A DNA stretch of 64,000 nucleotides from positions 9,499 through 73,498 of the forward strand of contig JAQVLT010000002.1 of NCBI GenBank assembly GCA_028704015.1, given 5' to 3'. Source of the stretch: Patescibacteria group bacterium (GTDB lineage: Bacteria; Patescibacteriota; Patescibacteriia; Patescibacteriales; JAQVLT01). The notes under the pieces were generated by a model. That model was not told the origin of the DNA. It searched no databases and was given only the letters and a program-made list of their open reading frames with translations. This document shows, in pieces, positions 9,229-17,538 of this stretch. Position 1 is the first letter of the stretch, and the number at the start of each line of letters is the position of its first letter. The translations under genes were made by a program, and so were the position numbers.

Positions 9229-10260
9229 ATGAAAGATATAAAAGAGTTAATTTTAGCTAAAATTGAAAAATATGGGAGAGTGAATGCTTCGGTGATAGTT
9301 AAAGAAACCGGCTTTTCCCGCGCTTATGTTAACCGTTTTTTTCAAGAGTTAAGAAATGAGGGAAAAATAGTCTTAATTGGCAAAGCCAACCAAGCCAGTT
9401 ATATTAAGGCCGGCAAAAATGAGCTGGCTAAGGCAAAAAAATTATTTACCAAAGCTAAGAAGAAATATAATAATATTGGTTTATCAGAAGATGCAATTTT
9501 AGACCAAATCAAAAGAGAAACGGGAATTTTTTTAGATTTGCCTGTCGGCACCGCGAACATTGTGAGTTATGCTTTCACCGAAATACTTAATAATGCGATT
9601 GAACATTCCCGGTCAAAAGAAATAGAAATTTCCTTGAAGCGCGATTCGGCCGGCATACTATTTGAAGTGGTTGACCGTGGAGTTGGAATTTTTAAGAATA
9701 TTATGGCTATAAAAAGATTGCCTAGCGAGCTGGAGGCTATTCAAGATTTGCTTAAAGGCAAGCAGACAACTGCGCCGGCCGCGCATTCCGGCGAAGGTAT
9801 TTTCTTCACTTCCAAAGCGGCTGACATGCTGATAATTTCCAGCTTTACCAAAAAATTGATTTTCAATAATAAATTGGAGGATATTTTTATCCAAGACATT
9901 AAAAATTTTAAGGGTACAAAGGTAATTTTTTCGCTGGCGCTTAATACTAATAAAAATCTCGCTGCCATTTTTTCTGAATATTCTTCCGGTTCTTATGAAT
10001 TTTCCAAAACCAGAGTCAATATAAAATTATTCAAAATGGGAAATGAATATCTTTCTCGTTCGCAAGCCAGGAGGGTAATGAACGGCCTGGAAAAATTTAA
10101 AGAAATCATCTTGGATTTTAAAAATATTACTACTATCGGGCAGGGATTTGCCGATGAAATTTTTAGGATCTGGCAGAATCATTTTCCGCGAATCAAAATA
10201 ACAACAAAAAATTCCAATGAGAATATTGACTTTATGATTAATCGAGCCAGGGAAAGATAA
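9229..10260 (+). CDS. HTH + GHKL (HATPase_c) kinase-like + STAS-like DUF4325 fusion protein
   Basis: Start moved to 9229, downstream of the consensus promoter. N-box NNAIEHS and G1 box DRGVGIF. C-terminal SRSQARRVMNGLEKFKEIILDFKNITTIGQGFADEIF matches the DUF4325 pattern. Confidence 0.6.
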   Translation: MKDIKELILAKIEKYGRVNASVIVKETGFSRAYVNRFFQELRNEGKIVLIGKANQASYIKAGKNELAKAKKLFTKAKKKYNNIGLSEDAILDQIKRETGIFLDLPVGTANIVSYAFTEILNNAIEHSRSKEIEISLKRDSAGILFEVVDRGVGIFKNIMAIKRLPSELEAIQDLLKGKQTTAPAAHSGEGIFFTSKAADMLIISSFTKKLIFNNKLEDIFIQDIKNFKGTKVIFSLALNTNKNLAAIFSEYSSGSYEFSKTRVNIKLFKMGNEYLSRSQARRVMNGLEKFKEIILDFKNITTIGQGFADEIFRIWQNHFPRIKITTKNSNENIDFMINRARER

Positions 10261-10328
10261 AATATTCGGCAATAGAAATCGCCTATCGGGCGGTTTTTTG
10301 ATTTTAATAATTTTTTAAAATAAAAAAG

Positions 10329-10370
10329 CCCGACCGTTTACGTTCAGAACTTTGAACGTAAGCGATCGGG
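10329..10370 (-). terminator. rho-independent terminator of the lipoprotein gene
   Basis: Long hairpin cccgaccgtttacgttca ... tgaacgtaagcgatcggg, with a T-run on the minus strand. Confidence 0.65.
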
Positions 10371-10380
10371 TGAAGTTGGT

Positions 10381-11481
10381 CTACCGGAGAAAGACCGTTG
10401 TTGACATTTGAGGCGTGTCCGAGAGTTCGTGCTCACCGAGTTCGTCGGTCCACGCCCAACCCGAGATTTTTGACGCGATGACATCTCCGCTCGTCGCGCC
10501 GACGGTGTCAAGGAAGACGACAAACCTCCGCATGCAGTTAGCGGAGATATTGTTTTTGTCAAAGAAGAGAAGGCGGAATATGTTTTTGCCTTCCGTCCAC
10601 TCAACATTTTGGCGGTATATTACCTCTGCGGTTCCGGCATCAACAACCCAGAACACGCCGGAGCCAGTCCAGGTCAGCCAGGTTTCCAGATCCAGCCAAT
10701 TCAAGGTCACGTCTTGGCCGATCTGGCTGGAATTGGATGCCTGGAAATCTGTGGCTTTGGCTCTGGGCAGCCATTGTTCGCTCGGCACTTGTTGTGCCGC
10801 AATCACAACCTGAGCCCCGACCAGCACCAGCTCGTTGCTAATCGGCTTAGTCGCGGGTTGGTCCGTGTGGCAAGTCAGAAATTTGCCATCCGTGACGGTC
10901 CAGCCTTCAAGACTCTGGCCGTCTGCAGAATCGAAGAAGAGCTTGAAACTCTTCGGGCCGCCGAAGTATTCAGATGGTGGAGTATAAAAAATTTCCGCGT
11001 AGACAGTGCGATGCGCGAGAACGGCGACCTCGAAGTTGTCGAAAATCACCATCCCACCTGCTGCCGATATCTGGTGAGCAATTTCCTCGCCCGAGGATCG
11101 GAGGGAGAATTCTCCGGGCGGATCCTCACCGGTCTCCGACACGACCTTCACCCCGAACCTGCTGATAACCGCATTCTCGGCAACGTAGAAGTGAGGATTG
11201 CACGCCGCCACTTTCTGTCCGCTGAGAAGAACGTGCTGTTGATTGCCACCCATGTTGTCGGGCGGGTCAAAAGAAACTTGAGCCACGACCGACTCCTCAG
11301 GTATTGGAATAGTGGTTGTAGTAGACGTGGTGGGCGCGGTGGTTGTTGTGGTGGATGCGGTCGAAGTCGTCGTAATTGTAGGGAAAAATGCCGAAAAGTT
11401 TCCAGTTTTTTCGGGCCGGGTGTTGTTGCATCCGGTTACGATTGCCAGCAATACCGCGAATACCGCCAACGCTTTATTCAA
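10381..11481 (-). CDS. secreted lipoprotein of unknown function (GC-rich island)
   Basis: A TTG start at 11481 preceded by SD gaaggag gives (M)NKALAVFAVLLAIVTGC, a signal peptide with a lipobox. A Thr/Ser-rich linker (TTTSTASTTTTTAPTTSTTTT) follows. Confidence 0.6.
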   Translation of the reverse strand: MNKALAVFAVLLAIVTGCNNTRPEKTGNFSAFFPTITTTSTASTTTTTAPTTSTTTTIPIPEESVVAQVSFDPPDNMGGNQQHVLLSGQKVAACNPHFYVAENAVISRFGVKVVSETGEDPPGEFSLRSSGEEIAHQISAAGGMVIFDNFEVAVLAHRTVYAEIFYTPPSEYFGGPKSFKLFFDSADGQSLEGWTVTDGKFLTCHTDQPATKPISNELVLVGAQVVIAAQQVPSEQWLPRAKATDFQASNSSQIGQDVTLNWLDLETWLTWTGSGVFWVVDAGTAEVIYRQNVEWTEGKNIFRLLFFDKNNISANCMRRFVVFLDTVGATSGDVIASKISGWAWTDELGEHELSDTPQMSTTVFLR

Positions 11482-11707
11482 TTTGTTGCTCCTTCTGCCG
11501 TGAAATGAACGTGAAAACACAAGAAATAGCCAAAGGCAACCGACCTGCTAATTTATAACATTTTTATAGTTTTGTCAAGTATTTAATATTTTGTGCTATA
11601 ATGTAAATGAAATTTTAAATTTTAAGTTTTAAATTATTAGTTAATTTATAATTTAGTCATTTAAAATTGATTTAAAATTTAGAATTTAGAATTTATAATT
11701 TTACTTT

Positions 11708-13228
11708 ATGTCTTCAAAAATATTATCAGGCGCCGTCGTAGGTTTGGACGCAGAAATCGTGGAAGTGGAAGCGGACACTGGCGGCGGCGAACTGGGAAAA
11801 TTTGCGATTGTCGGCCTGCCGGATTTAGCAGTGTCAGAATCAAAAGAGAGAGTGCGCAGCGCAATCAAAAATTCCGGACTTAATTACCCGAAGGTAAAAG
11901 TGACCGTAAATTTGGCGCCGGCGGATCTCAAAAAACACGGCCCGAGTTATGATTTCCCAATTGCGGTGAGCATTTTGTCAATGACGCATACTTTTCCAGT
12001 TGGTTTTGATTTTTCTAAAATGCTTTTTGTCGGCGAGTTGGCTTTGAGCGGCGATTTGCGGCCGGTGAATGGAATTTTACCGATTGCCATCAAGGCCGGA
12101 AAAGTAGGAATAAAAACAATCTTTGTGCCGCGCGATAATGCGAGTGAAGCCAAATTGGTAAAAGAACTGGAAGTGATTCCGGTGAGTAATTTGCGAGAAT
12201 TAGTCTCGCACTTGCTTGAAGAAGATCGTCTTACGCCGCTTGCAGAAAGCGATTTTGATTTTGCGAACGCGTCTACACTTTCTGACATGGCGCATATTCG
12301 CGGCCAGGAGCATGTGAAGCGCGCGATGGAAATTTCCGCAGCCGGCGCGCACAATATGCTCATGTCCGGTCCCCCCGGATCGGGAAAAACTTTGATTGCC
12401 CGCACCATGCCGTCAATTTTACCAAATTTAACTTTGGAAGAAGCGTTGGAAATCACCAAAATTTATAGTGTGTCCGGAGAATTGCCGAATGACACCGCGC
12501 TCATTACCGCGCGGCCATTTCGCGCGCCGCACCATACCGCTTCGGGAGTAGCCTTGGTGGGCGGAGGCGCCTGGCCGAGGCCGGGAGAAATTTCCATGGC
12601 ACATCGCGGTGTTTTGTTTCTAGATGAATTTGGTGAATTCCCGCGGCAAGTCTTGGAAAATTTGCGCCAGCCGTTGGAAGACGGGATTATCAATGTCAGT
12701 CGCGCGGCCGGCAATCTCACATTTCCGGCAAAATTTATTTTAATTGCGGCCATGAATCCGTGTCCTTGCGGTTTTAGTGGCGATCAAGAACGCAATTGCG
12801 TCTGCTCGCCGATTCAGATTATTAATTACAAAAAAAGAATTTCCGGCCCGATTCTTGACCGCATTGATCTTCATATTGAAGTGCCGCGCCTCAAGTTTGA
12901 AAAATTGTCCGGCGAAAGTCTGGGCGAAAGCTCCTGTGATATTAAAGTGCGCATTGAGAAAGCGCGTGCAATACAACATGAAAGATTTAAGAACACGCCT
13001 TTTATTACCAATTCGGAAATGAATTCCGAGGCGGTGAAGAAGTATTGCGAAGTTGATGAGCCGTCCAAACAGCTTTTGCGTACGGCGGTTGACCAGTTGC
13101 ATCTGTCGGCGCGCGCGTATTTTCGTATTTTAAAATTGGCGCGAACCATCGCAGATTTGGTGGGCGAGACAAAAATTTTAACGCCGCATATTGCCGAAGC
13201 CCTGCAGTACCGGCCAAAGGTGGAATAG
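11708..13228 (+). CDS. comM: YifB/ComM-family Mg-chelatase-like ATPase
   Basis: The N-terminal Lon-protease-like domain, Walker A GPPGSGKT and the C-terminal region are typical of ComM. Confidence 0.85.
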   Translation: MSSKILSGAVVGLDAEIVEVEADTGGGELGKFAIVGLPDLAVSESKERVRSAIKNSGLNYPKVKVTVNLAPADLKKHGPSYDFPIAVSILSMTHTFPVGFDFSKMLFVGELALSGDLRPVNGILPIAIKAGKVGIKTIFVPRDNASEAKLVKELEVIPVSNLRELVSHLLEEDRLTPLAESDFDFANASTLSDMAHIRGQEHVKRAMEISAAGAHNMLMSGPPGSGKTLIARTMPSILPNLTLEEALEITKIYSVSGELPNDTALITARPFRAPHHTASGVALVGGGAWPRPGEISMAHRGVLFLDEFGEFPRQVLENLRQPLEDGIINVSRAAGNLTFPAKFILIAAMNPCPCGFSGDQERNCVCSPIQIINYKKRISGPILDRIDLHIEVPRLKFEKLSGESLGESSCDIKVRIEKARAIQHERFKNTPFITNSEMNSEAVKKYCEVDEPSKQLLRTAVDQLHLSARAYFRILKLARTIADLVGETKILTPHIAEALQYRPKVE

Positions 13229-13311
13229 CTTTTAGGTTTTAGCCATGCCTCGCCGGCAGGTAAACTTTTAGGTTTTTATTTTTTAGATGGTTTGTGGTAT
13301 AATAAAGGTAG

Positions 13312-13415
13312 AATTTTTAATTTCCAATTTTTAATTTTTTAAATAATTTTTAATATCAAATTTTAAAAATTAAAATATTAAGTTATTATTTAAAAATTAC
13401 AAAATTAAAAATTTT
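13312..13415. repeat. ~105-nt AT-rich palindromic element (family E)
   Basis: Arms aatttttaatttccaatttttaattttttaaataat / attatttaaaaattacaaaattaaaaatt. Related to the copies at 42421 and 47532. Confidence 0.5.
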
Positions 13416-13430
13416 TAAATTTATATTTTT

Positions 13431-14834
13431 ATGAAAAATAAACTTATAATTATATCATTATTATTTGTCTTCCTCATGACCACCGGCCTGGGTTGCAGCG
13501 CGCCGAGCGCTGAAGTGCAAAAAGCAATTGAGCCGATAAAACTTACGTATTGGCGGGTTTGGGATGATTCCGATGCCTTTGACGAAATTATTGCCAATTA
13601 TAAATTGCTTCATCCTTTTGTAACCATTGAATATAAAAAATTTCGCTACGGAGAGTATGAACAAGCTCTCTTGGAGGCTATGGCCGAGGATCGCGGGCCG
13701 GATATTTTTTCTATTCATAATACTTGGACGGAAAAATATCAAAATAAAATTGCTCCTTTGCCGATAGAAACAACCATGGCTTATCCAGTAACGCAAGGAA
13801 CTATTAAAAAAGAAGTGGTAAATGAATTAAGAACAACAAAAAGCTTGACTATTAATGATATAAAAAATAATTTTATTGATACTGTCTATAATGATGTGGT
13901 TTTAAAAGATGTTGATGTTGCCACCAAGCAAGAAACGGAAAAAGTTTACGCTTTGCCTTTGGCGATGGATACTTTGGCGTTGTATTATAATAAGGATTTG
14001 TTTAATAACGCCGGCATTGCCACTCCGCCGAATTATTGGAACCCAGAATTTCAACAAATAGTAAAAAAATTAACCAAACAAGACTCCAAGGGTGGGATAA
14101 TACAATCAGGTGTAGCTATGGGAGGAGGTAAAAATATTGAGCGTTATAGTGATATTTTATCAATTTTAATGATGCAAAATGGCGCCGAAATGATGAGCGA
14201 AAATGGCGCGGTGTCTTTTAGCGAAACTCCGGTTGCTTTGCGCAGCCAAGGGTACAATCCGGCGTTGGAAGCGCTGCGTTTTTATACTGATTTTGCCAAC
14301 CCTGCCAAGGAAGTATATTCATGGAATGCTAACTTAGAAAATTCTTTGCAAATGTTTATGTATGGTAAATTGGCCATGATGTTTGGTTATGCATATCACC
14401 TGCCCACTATTCGCGCGCAAGCGCCAAAACTTAATTTTGGCATTGCTAAATTGCCGCAAATTGAAGGCAGTCAGTCACAGATTAACTTTGCTAATTATTG
14501 GGTGGAAACAGTTTCCAAAAAAAGTAAAAATATTGACACGGCTTGGGATTTTGTTCAGTTTGCCACCAGAGCGGAACAGGCAAAAACTTATATAGCGAAA
14601 ACCGGGAAACCAACCGCTCTAAGGTCATTGGTTAATGAAGAATTAGAAAGTCCGGATCTTGGAATATTTGCGAGCCAAGTTTTGACAGCGAAGAGCTGGT
14701 ATAAAGGGGCTGATTCTAACGCTGCCGAATTAATATTTGCCGACATGATTAATGAAGCAAACCAGAGCGCTCCTGATAAATTAATGAGCGTATTAAACAC
14801 GGCGGCGGCGAGAGTGCAGCAGACGGTTGAGTAG
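13431..14834 (+). CDS. ABC-transporter extracellular solute-binding lipoprotein (family 1)
   Basis: Signal peptide plus lipobox TTGLGCS. Length and motifs are typical of sugar-type SBPs. No permease or ATPase gene is adjacent. Confidence 0.7.
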   Translation: MKNKLIIISLLFVFLMTTGLGCSAPSAEVQKAIEPIKLTYWRVWDDSDAFDEIIANYKLLHPFVTIEYKKFRYGEYEQALLEAMAEDRGPDIFSIHNTWTEKYQNKIAPLPIETTMAYPVTQGTIKKEVVNELRTTKSLTINDIKNNFIDTVYNDVVLKDVDVATKQETEKVYALPLAMDTLALYYNKDLFNNAGIATPPNYWNPEFQQIVKKLTKQDSKGGIIQSGVAMGGGKNIERYSDILSILMMQNGAEMMSENGAVSFSETPVALRSQGYNPALEALRFYTDFANPAKEVYSWNANLENSLQMFMYGKLAMMFGYAYHLPTIRAQAPKLNFGIAKLPQIEGSQSQINFANYWVETVSKKSKNIDTAWDFVQFATRAEQAKTYIAKTGKPTALRSLVNEELESPDLGIFASQVLTAKSWYKGADSNAAELIFADMINEANQSAPDKLMSVLNTAAARVQQTVE

Positions 14835-14847
14835 CTTTAAGCTTGAA

Positions 14848-14870
14848 GCCTTGCCTATCGGCAGACAGGC
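14848..14870. repeat. degenerate family B palindrome
   Basis: gccttgcctatcggcagacaggc, directly after the SBP stop codon. Confidence 0.4.
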
Positions 14871-14958
14871 TTTTAGGTTTTAGGTTGTGGGTTTTTGGTT
14901 GAAATATTTGGTTTATCCCTGATTACTTATTACTATTTACTAATTACTATATTATTTT

Positions 14959-15672
14959 ATGAAAAAAAGTTTGCATTGTTTTATTTTTATACTTTTATTT
15001 TTTGTTGCGATTTTATATACAAATAAAATGGTATTAGCAGATTGTGATGACGATTTAGTGGATTGTCTTGCAAATTGTAACAGCGCCAACAATCCGACTT
15101 GCCAGAATAATTGCAATACCGTGTATGATGATTGTAATTGCAGCGATGATTTGTCCGCGTGTATTACGGCATGCAAACCGCAAAATCTTGCGAGTTGCGT
15201 AAATCCTTGCGATACCTCTTTTGATAATTGCGAAAATAAAATATCAGCCGCAGTTTCTACGGTTAATACAGAAACTACAAACTCCGCCAGCACTTGCGAT
15301 ACACCAGCGGCCGGAGGATCGCTTTGGGTAGGTTTAGAGAGATGCCAAGCTTGCGGCAATTGTACTTTAAATGATTTTGTTCAGCTGGCAGTTAATGTGG
15401 CTAATTATATTTTAGGGATTGTTGGCTCGTTGGCCTTGCTAATGTTTATTTATGGCGGAGTAACGTGGTTGACTTCTTCTGGTAATAAAGAGAGGGTAGA
15501 AACAGGAAAAAAGATTATTATCGGCGCGGTGGTTGGCATTGTGATTGTATTTGCCAGTTATTTGATAATTCAGTTTGTCATGGAATCGCTAAATGTTGTT
15601 AGCAGCAAGGGAACATTTACCAATAGCGAATTTGGCTCGCAGCAATGGAACACAACTCCGACTACCAAATAA
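14959..15672 (+). CDS. VirB2/TrbC-like (T4SS-pilin family) protein with a Cys-rich N-terminal extension
   Basis: Signal peptide, 16 Cys in CX3C-type spacing, then a two-TM pilin core: ILGIVGSLALLMFIYGGVTWLTSSGNKERVETGKKIIIGAVVGIVIVFASYLI. Confidence 0.6.
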   Translation: MKKSLHCFIFILLFFVAILYTNKMVLADCDDDLVDCLANCNSANNPTCQNNCNTVYDDCNCSDDLSACITACKPQNLASCVNPCDTSFDNCENKISAAVSTVNTETTNSASTCDTPAAGGSLWVGLERCQACGNCTLNDFVQLAVNVANYILGIVGSLALLMFIYGGVTWLTSSGNKERVETGKKIIIGAVVGIVIVFASYLIIQFVMESLNVVSSKGTFTNSEFGSQQWNTTPTTK

Positions 15673-15678
15673 TTTATT

Positions 15679-16368
15679 ATGAATATTTTTACAACCAATA
15701 AGATTTTTACCGAGAACGAAGCGATTGCTGAAGGATTAAGAAATGCCAGGACGGAAAAAAAATTGTCCCTTAAAAATGTTTCCAAAAAATTAAATATTAA
15801 TTATAAATATTTAAAAGCCCTGGAAGATGGAGATTTCAATAAATTGCCCTCAGGAGTATACGGAAGAAATTTTTTGCGAGAATACGCGATTTTTCTCGGG
15901 CTGGATGTAAAAAAATTTTTGGCAGATTTTGATCAAGGGTATAAAAATATTAAATTTAAAGACAAAAAAGAATATTTTTCCCAGCAAGTAGTCAATAGAG
16001 AAGATTTGATTATTTGGCCGAAAATTTTTCGTAATATTTTTATTGTTTTGGCCGTGGTCGTTTGCTTTCTTTATTTGGGTCTGTCCTTGCAGAGAATTTT
16101 TTCCGCGCCGAGTCTGGTAATTTTATCACCCGAGGATAAGCAAACGATTAATGAATATTTTATTGGCGTTGAGGGGAAAACCGAGCCGGAAGCGGATATC
16201 ACCATTAATAGCGAGCCGATATTTGCCGATAGCAATGGATATTTTTCCAAGCAGGTTGGATTAAAAGAAGGAATTAACACCTTGGTTATATCAGCAAAGA
16301 AAAAACATAGCAAAGAGATAATTTTAACCAGACAAGTTTTAGTTAGAGGTGAAAATAAAGAAAATTAA
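15679..16368 (+). CDS. RodZ-like HTH membrane protein
   Basis: HTH (LRNARTEKKLSLKNVSKKLNINYKYLKALEDGDF), a single TM helix, and a C-terminal beta-rich domain. Confidence 0.6.
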   Translation: MNIFTTNKIFTENEAIAEGLRNARTEKKLSLKNVSKKLNINYKYLKALEDGDFNKLPSGVYGRNFLREYAIFLGLDVKKFLADFDQGYKNIKFKDKKEYFSQQVVNREDLIIWPKIFRNIFIVLAVVVCFLYLGLSLQRIFSAPSLVILSPEDKQTINEYFIGVEGKTEPEADITINSEPIFADSNGYFSKQVGLKEGINTLVISAKKKHSKEIILTRQVLVRGENKEN

Positions 16369-16382
16369 TTTTAAATAAAAAT

Positions 16383-16937
16383 ATGGCTACTATCACAGGA
16401 GGAAATGCGTTGCTTGATCCTAATTATATTTTGGAAAAAGCCAAACTGGGCGAGGGCATGCGCGTGGCTGATTTGGGCTGTGGAACTTCCGGCCATTTTG
16501 TTTTTCCAGCCGCTCGGATTGTCGGTAAAAAAGGAAAAGTATTCGCCGTAGATATTCTTAAAACCGCCTTGGAAAATATCAATCGGCGGGTTAAAGTAGA
16601 TAATTTTGAAAATATTGAGACAATATGGAGCAATTTGGAAATTTTTGGCGCAGCCAAGATTGAATCAAGCAGTTTGGATGTGGCGATGCTTATTAATACA
16701 TTATATCAATCAAACAAAAGAGGAGATATTCTGCGGGAAGCCGTGCGATTGCTTAAAAAAGGCGGGAATTTGTTGGTGGTGGAATGGCGAAATATTTCTC
16801 TGCCTTTTGGTCCGCCAGCCAGCGAGCGAGTAGACCAAGAGTTAATAAAAACTATGGCGAGGAAATTAGGCACGGAGATTAAAGAAGAGTTTAACGCTGG
16901 ACAATACCATTATGGTATGCTATTTGTTAAAATGTAA
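16383..16937 (+). CDS. class I SAM-dependent methyltransferase
   Basis: Motif I VADLGCGTSG. Confidence 0.7.
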   Translation: MATITGGNALLDPNYILEKAKLGEGMRVADLGCGTSGHFVFPAARIVGKKGKVFAVDILKTALENINRRVKVDNFENIETIWSNLEIFGAAKIESSSLDVAMLINTLYQSNKRGDILREAVRLLKKGGNLLVVEWRNISLPFGPPASERVDQELIKTMARKLGTEIKEEFNAGQYHYGMLFVKM

Positions 16938-16945
16938 TTTGTTAA

Positions 16946-17045
16946 AGATTTTTAGGAGCTTTAAGATTTTTAGGATTGTTAGGATATTATATCTTAAAGA
17001 TCCCAAAGATCCTCATAATCCTAATAATCCTAATAATCCTATTTA
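16946..17045. repeat. ~100-nt AGGATT/AATCCT palindromic element
   Basis: ttaagatttttaggattgttaggatatt ... cataatcctaataatcctaataatcct. A second copy lies at 35578-35680. Confidence 0.5.
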
Positions 17046-17051
17046 TTAAGT

Positions 17052-17438
17052 ATGCGCAATTTACTTACTCTAAAATATTGGTTCACTTTGAGGCCGGAAG
17101 CTTTTCTCCCGGTTTATTTGAAAGCTTTTATAGCTTTGATAATTTTATTTGCAGTTTTGTTTGTGGTTTTTTGGCTTTTAGGCAAAAAAAAGAAAGCGCT
17201 TTATGCTAATATTTTTCGACGTTTGTCATCTTTTTTCGCCAGTAATTTTTTTATTGGCTTGGTAATATTATTTTTTAGCTATGAAATGGTTGTTTTTTTG
17301 TCGGCCAGATTTTGGATTATGTTTTGGGGCATTGAAATGTTGGTTTGGCTTATTGCCATTATTAGAAAACTAAAGGAAATACCGGAGAGAAAAAAACAGC
17401 TGGAAAAAGATAAGGAATTTAAGAAGTATATTCCGTAA
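17052..17438 (+). CDS. small membrane protein, unknown function
   Basis: Three or four hydrophobic helices and a basic C-terminus. Confidence 0.5.
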   Translation: MRNLLTLKYWFTLRPEAFLPVYLKAFIALIILFAVLFVVFWLLGKKKKALYANIFRRLSSFFASNFFIGLVILFFSYEMVVFLSARFWIMFWGIEMLVWLIAIIRKLKEIPERKKQLEKDKEFKKYIP

Positions 17439-17493
17439 GAATTAAAAATAAAATAAATTAAAAATACAAGAATATAAAAATATAAAAAGAGCA

Positions 17494-17526
17494 GAAGGCG
17501 GCTCGCCAAATCGGCGAGCCGCCTTC
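17494..17526. repeat. GC-rich perfect hairpin (GCCGCCTTCG type)
   Basis: gaaggcggctcgcc aaatc ggcgagccgccttc. No T-run follows. Confidence 0.5.
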
Positions 17527-17538
17527 GTTAATTAGATA

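Noticed and set aside
10415-11508. Long plus-strand ORFs (10415-10813, 10609-11508 and others) opposite the lipoprotein gene. Similar antisense ORFs lie at 24307-25331, 25501-25980, 26350-27049, 36734-37703, 38372-39350, 39341-40493, 19412-20325 and 31110-31755.
   Set aside because: They occur only inside GC-rich genes, where stop codons are rare on all frames. They lack SD or promoter context, have low-complexity Arg/Gly/Pro-rich translations, and overlap ORFs with clear motifs or better signals.
11590-11705. AT-rich repetitive spacers (also 13300-13430, 42421-42530, 44200-44365, 47532-47640, 58564-58695) considered as possible CRISPR arrays.
   Set aside because: There is no regular direct-repeat/unique-spacer periodicity. 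The repeats are inverted rather than direct and occur as single units between genes. No cas genes are in the window.
13226-13280. The direct repeat cttttaggtttt on both sides of a weak palindrome (gcctcgccggcagg), considered as a target-site duplication of a family B insertion.
   Set aside because: The palindrome here is too degenerate. The motif ttttaggtttt also recurs elsewhere (14866, 24066) as part of AT-rich repeat arms, so the duplication is not diagnostic.
16976-17209. A 77-aa ORF (MLGYYILKIPKILIILIILIILF...).
   Set aside because: It is a translation of the AGGATT/AATCCT repeat element. It overlaps the better-supported membrane-protein ORF at 17052-17438 in another frame.
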